Source of the DNA: Armatimonadota bacterium | GTDB taxonomy: Bacteria; Armatimonadota; Fimbriimonadia; Fimbriimonadales; GBS-DC | Assembly: GCA_037445735.1 (NCBI GenBank) | Contig: JBBIJY010000002.1 | Location: 1 to 64,000 of the forward strand | Direction of reading: 5' to 3' | Length of the DNA stretch: 64,000 nucleotides | Part shown: one piece after another, positions 1 through 8,695 of the stretch | Layout of the letters: the number at the start of each line of letters is the position of its first letter | How positions within the stretch are numbered: the stretch's first letter is position 1 | Program-made: the position numbers and the translations under genes | The notes under the pieces: model-generated | Databases searched by the model: none | Told to the model about the DNA's origin: nothing | Seen by the model: the letters and a program-made list of their open reading frames with translations, nothing else

Positions 1-1396
1 CGAACCAGCCGCCCAGTCCGTCGGGGCTGCGGCTTTCGCCCGCCACGCCGAAGTTCCAGCCGCTGGTCGCGCTGGCGAGTCCGTACACGGCTCTACCGTC
101 GGGGCTGCGGCTCTCACCGTACACGCCGAAGTTGGTGCCTGTGGTGGCGTATCCCCAGCCGAACACGCCGCGCCCGCTGGGACTGAGGCTGACGCCAAAC
201 ACGCCGTAGGTAGTTCCACTGGGGCTGACCGCTTCTCCATACACACCGCGCCCGCTCGTGCTGCGGGAGACGCCCCAGACCCCCGTGTTGGTTCCCGACT
301 CGGCGATGGCTTGCCCCCGCACGCCGATGCCTGTGGTACTCTGACTTTCCCCGAAAACGCCCCAGAAGTTGCCGCTTGTGGCGGTCGCAGTTCCAGCGAC
401 GGCGATACCACCGTTGCTTCCTGTGCCCTGATTGACCGCATAGATGGTGTACGGTCCGCTGGACGACACATGGAGTTGACCCGCGCTTCCATCATCGCCG
501 ACCATCAGGCGTCCCGTGAAGTAGCCGTCGCCCTCCACATGGAGACGATACCAGGGATTTGCCCAGTTGATGCCTACATTGCCATCGTCATCGACCCGCA
601 TCGTTTCGTTGCCTGCGCTATTCACGAAGCGCACCACATCATCGCCGCTGTTGTCCACATCGGGATGCAGGGTCAGCCAACCCCAGCTCTGGATTTCCCC
701 ATTATCCACGCGCAGGTGACCGTTGACGATGTGCAGTTTCGTGCTGGGGCTGGTCGTGCCGATGCCTACATTCCCGTTGCCTTTGATGCGCACCCGCTCC
801 GTGAAGTCCGTGCTGCTGCCGTACCCGAAGGCAATATCGCTGCTGAATTGGTCAGTGTAAATCTGTAAAAGACCTGGCTGAACGCCCAGTCCGTAGTGGG
901 CGGCAGGCGCCTGACCCCAGAGAGAGATTTTGTTGCCGACGGAGTTATCGAGGGAGAGCAGTGCGGCAGGCGTGTTCGTGCCGATGCCGACGCGACCGCC
1001 GTTGTAGAAGATGGTGGTGCCGATGGTTTGCCACGGGCGCTGGGCGAAGAAGGCGGTGCTGGCATACGGCGTCGGATTGATTTTCACACGGGGCGAAAGC
1101 ACAGTGGAGCCGACGCTAATCTCCAGATAGCGATCCGAGCCGTCCCACACAGCGCCGAAGTCCAGCTGCACGGTAAACAGCCCGTTCTGCACAGCCACAT
1201 TCTGGGTAATCGTGCTCCCTACCTGGGAGCCACCTGTGAGCGCGGTGAAGAGTTTGAAACTCATACTGAGCGTGCCGTTCACGGGCTGTCCGTTCTGTTT
1301 GAGGAAGCCCTGATAGGTGAACGGTTGTGCGACGACAGGGCTGGCGAGTGTCAGAGCCAGCCATCCGAGAATCCCCAAAACGATCCCGTATCTCAT
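1..1396 (-). CDS. Secreted tail-fibre/adhesin-like beta-repeat protein (3' end runs off the window)
   Basis: Absent from the ORF track because it has no stop in the window. GGAGG RBS before ATG 1396. Translates as MRYGIVLGILGWLALTLASPVVAQPFTYQGFLKQNGQP (signal peptide), then GNVGIGT motifs and ~26-aa GVYGES-SPDGR repeats (78-nt periodicity, e.g. 18-40 vs 96-118). Confidence 0.8.
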   Translation of the reverse strand, partial: MRYGIVLGILGWLALTLASPVVAQPFTYQGFLKQNGQPVNGTLSMSFKLFTALTGGSQVGSTITQNVAVQNGLFTVQLDFGAVWDGSDRYLEISVGSTVLSPRVKINPTPYASTAFFAQRPWQTIGTTIFYNGGRVGIGTNTPAALLSLDNSVGNKISLWGQAPAAHYGLGVQPGLLQIYTDQFSSDIAFGYGSSTDFTERVRIKGNGNVGIGTTSPSTKLHIVNGHLRVDNGEIQSWGWLTLHPDVDNSGDDVVRFVNSAGNETMRVDDDGNVGINWANPWYRLHVEGDGYFTGRLMVGDDGSAGQLHVSSSGPYTIYAVNQGTGSNGGIAVAGTATATSGNFWGVFGESQSTTGIGVRGQAIAESGTNTGVWGVSRSTSGRGVYGEAVSPSGTTYGVFGVSLSPSGRGVFGWGYATTGTNFGVYGESRSPDGRAVYGLASATSGWNFGVAGESRSPDGLGGWF

Positions 1397-1535
1397 CGGT
1401 TTTACCTCCACGCCTTCACTATACACCAGAGCGGCGCGAATGCACGAAATTTGCGGAAAAATGCAACACCCCCCTGCTGGCGGCTGGATGCAGGAGGGGT
1501 CATTCGGGCGTCGAATCGAGCGGGCGGTGATGGCT

Positions 1536-2819
1536 ATGGCGAGCGAGCATGAGCTGACACGGCGGGAATTTCTGAAGGCGTCGGCTGGCGTGACGATTGG
1601 CGCGATTGCGACGGGGTTGCCCGCGCACGCCTATGTGCATGCGCAGGGTTCGGACAGGCTACGGGTGGGGCTGATCGGCTGTGGCGGGCGCGGCACGGGC
1701 GCCGCCCGCGACGCCGTGTTCGCCGATAAGGGCGTCGAAATCTACGCGCTGGGCGACCTGTTCCGCGACCGACTCGACGCCTGCCGCCAGAACCTGCGGC
1801 AGTCGCTGGACAAGGAGGCGTTCAATGTGAGCGACGACCGCTGCTTCACAGGCTTCGATAACTACAGGGGCGTGATTGAGAGCGGCGTCGATATCGTGAT
1901 TCTGGCGACTCCGCCTGCCTTCCGCCCCATCCATTTCCGTGCGGCGATAGAGGCGGGCAAGCATGTGTTTATGGAGAAGCCCGTCGCCGTGTGCCCCGCG
2001 GGTGTGCGGGCAATCATCGAGGCAGGCGAGCTGGCAAAGCAGAAAAGGCTCTCGGTGGTGGCAGGCACCCAGCGCCGCCACGACTTCGCCTACCGCGAGA
2101 CCATCAAGCGCATTCAGGACGGCGCGATCGGGCGCATCGTCGCCGGCTACTGCTACTGGAATCAGGGCGGGCTGTGGGCAGTGCCCCGACAGGAAGGCTG
2201 GAGCGACACCGAATGGCAAATCCGCAACTGGCTCTACTTCACATGGCTCTCGGGCGACCACATCGTGGAACAGCATATCCACAACATCGATGTGATCAAC
2301 TGGGTACTAAGCGCGCACCCTGTTAAGGCGCTGGCGATGGGCGGGCGACAGGTGCGCACCGACCCCCTCTATGGGCATATCTATGACCATTTCGCCGTCG
2401 AGTTCGAATATCCGGGCGGGGTTCGGGTGCTGAGCATGTGTCGCCAGATCGATAACTGCGCGAACTTTGTGGGCGAGCGCGTGGTCGGCACGGGCGGCGT
2501 GGCAGACCCGTCAGGCTGGATTCAGGGCGTCAGCGAATGGCGCTATGAAGGCGTGCGCACCAACCCCTACATGCAGGAGCATGCGCATCTCATCCAGAGC
2601 ATTCGTCGGGGCGAGCCGATAAACGAGGCGCAGCAGGTGGCGGAAAGCACGCTCAGCGCGATTATGGGGCGCATGTCCGCCTACACGGGCAAGGAGGTGA
2701 GCTGGGAGCAGGCGTGGAACTCGAAGCTGAACCTGCTGGAGCGCGTGGAGAAGTTGCACGAGTTCGGTCCGATGGCGGTCGACCCGGTGGCGCTGCCGGG
2801 CAAAACGCCACTGGTTTGA
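1536..2819 (+). CDS. Tat-exported Gfo/Idh/MocA family oxidoreductase
   Basis: TRREFLK twin-arginine motif, GLIGCGGRG Rossmann motif, HVFMEKP; start trimmed from the track ORF 1317 to MASEHEL. Confidence 0.9.
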   Translation: MASEHELTRREFLKASAGVTIGAIATGLPAHAYVHAQGSDRLRVGLIGCGGRGTGAARDAVFADKGVEIYALGDLFRDRLDACRQNLRQSLDKEAFNVSDDRCFTGFDNYRGVIESGVDIVILATPPAFRPIHFRAAIEAGKHVFMEKPVAVCPAGVRAIIEAGELAKQKRLSVVAGTQRRHDFAYRETIKRIQDGAIGRIVAGYCYWNQGGLWAVPRQEGWSDTEWQIRNWLYFTWLSGDHIVEQHIHNIDVINWVLSAHPVKALAMGGRQVRTDPLYGHIYDHFAVEFEYPGGVRVLSMCRQIDNCANFVGERVVGTGGVADPSGWIQGVSEWRYEGVRTNPYMQEHAHLIQSIRRGEPINEAQQVAESTLSAIMGRMSAYTGKEVSWEQAWNSKLNLLERVEKLHEFGPMAVDPVALPGKTPLV

Positions 2820-2824
2820 ACGGT

Positions 2825-3982
2825 TTATCGGGCACGGAGCGCGAGCAGGGCGGCTGCCAGCAGCGCCAGCGCGGCGCCCATCAGGAAGGCGGCGGGTGCG
2901 CCCAGAATCTGCCACACCAGCCCGAAGAGCACGCTGGCGGGCAGCATGCCGACACCTATCACGAAGTGGAACGCGCCGAACGCCTGACCGCGCTGTTCGG
3001 GCGGCACCAGCTCGGCGACCAGCGCCCGCTCCGCGCCTTCGGTCAGCCCGAAGTAGAGCGCGTACAGCCCGAACAGCACTCCAATCTGCCATGCGGCACT
3101 GGCGAAGCCGAAGCCCGCATAGACCAGCGCGTAGAGGAGCCAGCCCAGTACCAGCATTCTCGGGTGCCCCCAGCGGTCTGCCAGCGCGCCACCTGGCGTG
3201 GACAGCCCGCTTTTGAGCAGGTTGAACCCCGCCCATAGCAGGGGCACCATCGCGGCGGGCACGCCCGCCTGCTCCGCCCGCAACAGCAGGAAGGCGTCGC
3301 TGGAATTGCCCAGTGTGAAGAGCAGCACGCACAACAGGAACCAGCGGAACCGACCCGCAGGCAAGCCGAAGCGCGGCGGCGTGCGGGTCGCTGGCACAGG
3401 CTCCGACACGCGACGCAACCCCGCAAAAAGCACTCCCAGCGCCAGCGCCGCCGGCACCGCCGACCACCAGAAAACCAGTCGGTAATCGCGTGGTGCCAGC
3501 AACAGGATGCCCGACGCCAGCAGCGGACCAATCGCCGCGCCCAGATTGTCCATGCCGCGATGGAAGCCGAATGCCAGTCCGCGATAGGGCGGCTCGGTGG
3601 CGTGCGCGATCAGGGCGTCGCGTGGCGCGGTGCGAATACCTTTCCCAACCCGATCCGCAAAGCGCAGGCACAGTACCTGCCACGGCGCGTTCGCCAGCGC
3701 CAGCAGCGGGCGCGTGAACACCGCCAGCCCGTAGCCCAGCGCGGTCAGCGCCCGATGCTTGCCAGCGCGGTCGGCGAACCAGCCTGAAACCAGCTTCAGC
3801 AGGCTGGCGGTCGTCTCTGCCAGCCCTTCAATCAGCCCGATGAAGGCGACGGACGCACCCAGCTGCGCCAGAAAAAGTGGCAGCAGCGGGTAGACCATCT
3901 CGCTGCTGATGTCGTTGAGCAGGCTCACCGCGCCCAGAGCCAGCACGGCTAACGGCAACCGCCGACTCCGTGAGGCTTTCAT
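2825..3982 (-). CDS. MFS transporter
   Basis: About 12 hydrophobic segments, GWFADRAGK and GALADRWGH loop motifs, DRVGKGIRTAPRDALI. Confidence 0.9.
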   Translation of the reverse strand: MKASRSRRLPLAVLALGAVSLLNDISSEMVYPLLPLFLAQLGASVAFIGLIEGLAETTASLLKLVSGWFADRAGKHRALTALGYGLAVFTRPLLALANAPWQVLCLRFADRVGKGIRTAPRDALIAHATEPPYRGLAFGFHRGMDNLGAAIGPLLASGILLLAPRDYRLVFWWSAVPAALALGVLFAGLRRVSEPVPATRTPPRFGLPAGRFRWFLLCVLLFTLGNSSDAFLLLRAEQAGVPAAMVPLLWAGFNLLKSGLSTPGGALADRWGHPRMLVLGWLLYALVYAGFGFASAAWQIGVLFGLYALYFGLTEGAERALVAELVPPEQRGQAFGAFHFVIGVGMLPASVLFGLVWQILGAPAAFLMGAALALLAAALLALRAR

Positions 3983-4009
3983 CGCCAGCCCCAGTATACC
4001 TGTTGCACC

Positions 4010-5578
4010 CTACATCGTCTGGCGTTCGCGCTCCTGCTGAACCAGCACGCGACGCAGGATTTTGCCCGAAGGCGATTTGGGTATCTGCTCCACGAACTCG
4101 ATGCGCCGAACCTTCTTGAAGGGCGCGACGCGCTGCGCCACATAATCCATCAGCTCTTCGGCAGTGGCGGGCGCTTTCAGCACCACGAACGCTTTGGGTA
4201 CCTCACCCGCCTCCTCATCGGGGCTGGGAATCACGGCGGCGTCGGCAACCGCAGGGTGGCTCAAGAGAACCGCCTCCAGCTCGGCAGGCGCGACCTGCAA
4301 GCCCTTGTATTTGATCAGCTCCTTCACGCGGTCAATAATATAGAAGTAGCCGTCCTCGTCCCCATAGCCGATATCGCCCGTGCGCAGCCAGCCGTCGGGC
4401 ATGATGGTGGCAGCCGTCGCATCGGGATTGTTCAGATAGCCGCGCATCACCTGCGGACCGCGAATCCACACCTCACCCTCCTGATGGATGCCCAGCGGGT
4501 TGCCCGTGCCGATGTCCACAATCATGCACTCGGTGTTCGCAATCGGCGGACCGACCGATGCCAGCTTGATGCGCGACGGATCTTCAGGGTTCACATGCGT
4601 CACGGGGCTGGTCTCGGTCAAGCCGTAGCCCTGCAGCACGATACAGCCCAGTCGCTCGGCGCAGGCGCGGGCAACCTCCTCGCCCAGCGGCGCCGCGCCC
4701 GACATGATAATCTTCAAACTGGACAGGTCATACTGATCCACCATCGGGTGCTTCGCCAGCGCGAGGATAATCGGCGGCACCAGGTTCGCACGATTGATTC
4801 GGTAATCCTGCAAAATGCGCAGAAACGGCTCCAGATCAAAGCGCGGCATCGTCACGATGGTCGCGCCGCAATAGAGACATAAGTTCAGAATCACCAGCAT
4901 GCCGTAGATGTGATAGAAGGGCAGCACGCCGATGACGCGCTCGTCAGACTGAAGGCGAACCCCGGAGCCAAGCACCTGCACCATGTTGGCAACGAGGTTG
5001 GAGTGGGTGAGCATCACGCCTTTGGGCAGCCCCGTGGTGCCACTGGAGTAGGGCAGCACGATGAGGTCATCGCGCGGATTAATTGCCACCTGCGGCGGCT
5101 CGGCGTCGGCGAGCAGCTCGGTGAACGGGGTCGCATCGCGGCTGTCGCCGAGGGTGAACACCTCCTGCACGCCCGCCTTCTGCGCCGCAGGCAACGCCTT
5201 CTCCAGCAGCGGGTCAACCGTGATAAGGAACTTCGCGCCCGAATCGCGCAGCTGGAAAGCCAGCTCATCCGCGGTGTAGAGCGGGTTCGCGGTGGTAATG
5301 ATGCCGCCCGCCAGCGCGACGCCGTGAAACGCCAGCGCGTATTCGGGCAGATTCGGGCTGTAGATGCCAACCACCTCCCCCTTTTTCAACCCGCGCCGCG
5401 CCAGATTGCCTGCCACGCGCTGAACACCTGCCCACAGCTGAGCGCAGGTGAGCATTCGACCCGTGAAGCCGTCAATCAGCGCGGGTCGGTCACCAAACTC
5501 CGCCACGCGCTTATACACGAACTGCACCAGCCCCTCTTCGGGTATCGCCACCGTTGGGTGAGGGCTACGAAACACCAT
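4010..5578 (-). CDS. 4-coumarate--CoA ligase family AMP-dependent acyl-CoA synthetase
   Basis: PYSSGTTGLPKG, QGYGLTETSP, WLRTGDIG, DRVKELIKYKG and PKSPSGKILR motifs. Confidence 0.9.
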   Translation of the reverse strand: MVFRSPHPTVAIPEEGLVQFVYKRVAEFGDRPALIDGFTGRMLTCAQLWAGVQRVAGNLARRGLKKGEVVGIYSPNLPEYALAFHGVALAGGIITTANPLYTADELAFQLRDSGAKFLITVDPLLEKALPAAQKAGVQEVFTLGDSRDATPFTELLADAEPPQVAINPRDDLIVLPYSSGTTGLPKGVMLTHSNLVANMVQVLGSGVRLQSDERVIGVLPFYHIYGMLVILNLCLYCGATIVTMPRFDLEPFLRILQDYRINRANLVPPIILALAKHPMVDQYDLSSLKIIMSGAAPLGEEVARACAERLGCIVLQGYGLTETSPVTHVNPEDPSRIKLASVGPPIANTECMIVDIGTGNPLGIHQEGEVWIRGPQVMRGYLNNPDATAATIMPDGWLRTGDIGYGDEDGYFYIIDRVKELIKYKGLQVAPAELEAVLLSHPAVADAAVIPSPDEEAGEVPKAFVVLKAPATAEELMDYVAQRVAPFKKVRRIEFVEQIPKSPSGKILRRVLVQQERERQTM

Positions 5579-5646
5579 TGTGCGCCACCTCCGCTGTTAT
5601 GATACAGCAATCAGAGGGCGTTTCCTGCACTGTTCGATGGGGAACC

Positions 5647-6279
5647 TCACGGCAACAGTTCAGCCACAGGGATGCTCACATCGGGGCGTGTCAGGGGAGC
5701 AATGCTCTGGTCAGCCTCCAGCCGCAGTGCGGTTTGATAAGCAGCGCCATAGGGTGCGCGGGCATTGGGGGCAGGGTTGCGATACACTTCCAGCACACGC
5801 TCCTTGAGGTTGAGAATCCAGTATTCGGGGATGCCAGCGCTGGCGTACAGGCTGCCCTTGATTGCCCGATCGGTCTTGAGGGAGGCTTCGGCGACCTCCA
5901 CCACCAGCAGGGCTGTGTCGGGATGCCGCTCCGCATAATCGCGCGGACTGCCCGCAACAACGGCGATGTCAGGGAACGGCTCATCGTAGGGAGTGAGCGT
6001 GAGCGGCAGTTGCGGGCGAACATCGTAGCCTTCGCCAAAGGCGCGCTGTAGCGCGATCTCCACCAATCGCAGGGCGGTCGCATGAGGTGAGCGCATCGGT
6101 ATCTCCCGTTGCACGATGGTACCTGCCAGCAGCTCCAGACGCTCGTCGGGTGCGAACACTTCGGTCTCCAGCAGGCGCTCAAACTCCTCGCAGGTGATCA
6201 GCCGACGGTTGGGCAGGCGCAGCCGTCGGCACGGGATGCGTGTTTCTGACTTGAATCCTGAAGCGGTCGCTTGTTTCAT
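5647..6279 (-). CDS. Uma2 (DUF820) family PD-(D/E)XK putative endonuclease, copy 2
   Basis: ERLELLAG, EPFPDIAVV, LLVVEVA, YASAGIPEYWILN; ATG 6279 with GAGGGA upstream. Confidence 0.88.
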   Translation of the reverse strand: MKQATASGFKSETRIPCRRLRLPNRRLITCEEFERLLETEVFAPDERLELLAGTIVQREIPMRSPHATALRLVEIALQRAFGEGYDVRPQLPLTLTPYDEPFPDIAVVAGSPRDYAERHPDTALLVVEVAEASLKTDRAIKGSLYASAGIPEYWILNLKERVLEVYRNPAPNARAPYGAAYQTALRLEADQSIAPLTRPDVSIPVAELLP

Positions 6280-6882
6280 AGCGTCCCTCGCAATCATCTT
6301 ATGGCAACAAATCGGCGATGGAGATACTCACCTCAGGGCGCAGCAGAGGGGAGATAGCCTCATCAATCCCCAGCCGCAGCGCGGTTTGATAGGCAGCGCC
6401 ATAGGGTGCGCGGGTGCTGGGCGCAGGGTCACGATACACCTCCAGCACGCGCTCCTTGAGGTTGAGAATCCAGTATTCGGGGATGCCAGCGCTGGCGTAC
6501 AGGCTGCCCTTGATTGCCCGATCGGTCTTGAGGGAGGCTTCGGCGACCTCCACCACCAGCAGGGCTGTGTCGGGATGCCGCTCCGCATAATCGCGCGGAC
6601 TGCCCGCAACAACGGCGATGTCAGGGAACGGCTCATCGTAGGGAGTGAGCGTGAGCGGCAGTTGCGGGCGAACATCGTAGCCTTCGCCAAAGGCGCGCTG
6701 TAGCGCGATCTCCACCAATCGCAGGGCGGTCGCATGAGGTGAGCGCATCGGTATCTCCCGTTGCACGATGGTACCTGCCAGCAGCTCCAGACGCTCGTCG
6801 GGTGCGAACACTTCGGTCTCCAGCAGGCGCTCAAACTCCTCGCAGGTGATCAGCCGACGGTTGGGCAGGCGCAGCCGTCGGC
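5798..6882. repeat. Direct repeat: ~433-bp identical core (5798-6230 = 6450-6882) of the tandem Uma2 genes
   Basis: Base-by-base comparison at offset 652; the flanks diverge. Confidence 0.9.
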
Positions 6883-6931
6883 GGGGTACGCGCGTCTTCG
6901 CCTTCGATGCGGCAGCCGTCGCCTGGCTCAT
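6299..6931 (-). CDS. Uma2 (DUF820) family putative endonuclease, copy 1
   Basis: Same motifs as copy 2; AAGGAGG RBS just after the ATPase stop. Confidence 0.88.
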   Translation of the reverse strand: MSQATAAASKAKTRVPRRRLRLPNRRLITCEEFERLLETEVFAPDERLELLAGTIVQREIPMRSPHATALRLVEIALQRAFGEGYDVRPQLPLTLTPYDEPFPDIAVVAGSPRDYAERHPDTALLVVEVAEASLKTDRAIKGSLYASAGIPEYWILNLKERVLEVYRDPAPSTRAPYGAAYQTALRLGIDEAISPLLRPEVSISIADLLP

Positions 6932-6943
6932 GCCGTGCCTCCT

Positions 6944-8635
6944 TCAGATAATGGTGCGGCGGGTCTCATCCTGGTGCGAGTCGGGACGGATGGGTTTCAC
7001 GCTGGCGACATTCTCTGGCTCGTAGTCGATGAGTTTGAGCCAGTCCTCGATCGCGTCTGATTTCGGGAAGATTTCGTTCTCGCGATACTCCATTTCGATG
7101 GCGCGGCGCAGGTCGTCGGGGCGGATGCCATGCTCGCTGTCGGGGTCATCGATGGCGCGGCGGATGGCGAACTCCTTCGCGCGATCCACCACCGATTTGA
7201 TGAGTGCGCCGCTGACCAGATCGCGCCAGTAGAGCGTTTCCACACCGCCGTTGCGCAGGTAGACCTGCAGGAACTCGGTGTCGGGCGCCCGGCGCCACAG
7301 GTACTGCACCGTCTGTTCAATCAGGCACTCGCGCGCCTCCTGCGGGCTGTCATACTGCGCCACAAACTCGGGATCGAGCGGGATGTTCGCGTGCAAATAG
7401 ATGCCGAAAATCTCGGCGGTTGCCGCCCGATCGGGACGCTTCACCTTCACCTTGCGGTCGATGCGCCCCGGACGCAAAATCGCGGGGTCGATGTAGTCGG
7501 GTCGGTTCGAGGTGAGCATCACCACCACATTTTCGAGGCTCACCAGCCCATCCATCTCGGCGCAGAACTGCGGCACAACGGTATTGGAGATGTTGAGCCA
7601 TCTGCCCGAGCTGCGCACGCGCAGGATCGATTCGGCTTCATCGATGAAGATGAACACCAGGAAGCCCTCGCGCGCCTTCTCGCGGGCAATCGCGAAGATT
7701 TCGCGCACCATGCGCTCCGTCTCACCCAGCCACATGTTGAGAATCTTCGGACCGCTGATATACATAAAATACTCTTTGACGGGTCTACCCAGCCGTTCCG
7801 AATACTGGCGGGTGAGGTTGTAGGCGGTCGCCTTGCCAATAAGCGTCTTGCCACAGCCTGGCGGACCATAGAGCAGGATGCCCTTGAGCGGTTGCTTATC
7901 GAAGCGTTTGAAGACTTCGGGGTGGAGCAGGGGCAGTTCGATGGTCTCCCGGATGAGGCGGATGGCTTCGTCCTGACCCCCGATCTGGCTCCACTCGATG
8001 GGCGGCACCTCTTCGAAGTAGTAGTCGCGCACTTCCTGGTGGGGGATATGCTCGATGGCGACCTTGAAGTTCGGCTCCAGGCGCACCTCGTCGCCGGGCT
8101 TGATGGGCATCTCCATCAGGTCGGTGGAGCGGAACACGATTCGGGAGGTCATGCCCTGTGGGTCGGTCGCCACGCGCAGGCGGTTGTCGTCCAGCACCTC
8201 CTGCACTTTGACCACGGGACCCGCGGGGTGATAGCCGAGGTCGCCAATCACGGCGAACGCCTCGTTCACCTTCACGCGCGTGCCCACCTTGAAGTCCTTG
8301 TTCTCCAGTTTGGGATCGATGTTGGCGTAATATTCGCTGTCGCCAATCGCGACCATCGCGATGTCTTCGTCGGGCGAGCCGAGAAAGACGCCGATGCGGT
8401 TCGCGGGCGAGGTGAGTTTCTGATACGCTTCTTCGTACTCCTGAATCGCCTGAATCGCCTCCTGCATCTGCTTTTCGTCCACTTCGAGCTGGTGGCGCAG
8501 TAGCTGGAGCAGGCGCATCAGGCGCAGGTCGGTACGGGGCGCGATACGCATAATCTCTTCGAGGATTGCCAGCGCGCGAATCTGCGTTTCGGGCATCTCC
8601 TCGGAGAAGTCGTCCTTATCATACCGCTGTGCCAT
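6944..8635 (-). CDS. arc: Proteasome-associated AAA ATPase (ARC/Mpa family)
   Basis: N-terminal coiled coil, OB-like interdomain, Walker A GPPGCGKT, Walker B FIDEAES, SRH TSNRPDYIDPAILRPGRID, LYWRDLVSGALIKSVVDRAK motif. Confidence 0.85.
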   Translation of the reverse strand: MAQRYDKDDFSEEMPETQIRALAILEEIMRIAPRTDLRLMRLLQLLRHQLEVDEKQMQEAIQAIQEYEEAYQKLTSPANRIGVFLGSPDEDIAMVAIGDSEYYANIDPKLENKDFKVGTRVKVNEAFAVIGDLGYHPAGPVVKVQEVLDDNRLRVATDPQGMTSRIVFRSTDLMEMPIKPGDEVRLEPNFKVAIEHIPHQEVRDYYFEEVPPIEWSQIGGQDEAIRLIRETIELPLLHPEVFKRFDKQPLKGILLYGPPGCGKTLIGKATAYNLTRQYSERLGRPVKEYFMYISGPKILNMWLGETERMVREIFAIAREKAREGFLVFIFIDEAESILRVRSSGRWLNISNTVVPQFCAEMDGLVSLENVVVMLTSNRPDYIDPAILRPGRIDRKVKVKRPDRAATAEIFGIYLHANIPLDPEFVAQYDSPQEARECLIEQTVQYLWRRAPDTEFLQVYLRNGGVETLYWRDLVSGALIKSVVDRAKEFAIRRAIDDPDSEHGIRPDDLRRAIEMEYRENEIFPKSDAIEDWLKLIDYEPENVASVKPIRPDSHQDETRRTII

Positions 8636-8695
8636 AGGGTGATTGACCTCCTCAAGTCCTGCCCTATTATACCCTGCTTCGCGCGTGGATGGTTC

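Noticed and set aside
311..1552. Plus-strand ORFs 311-868 and 896-1552
   Set aside because: Antisense to the real minus-strand gene starting at 1396.
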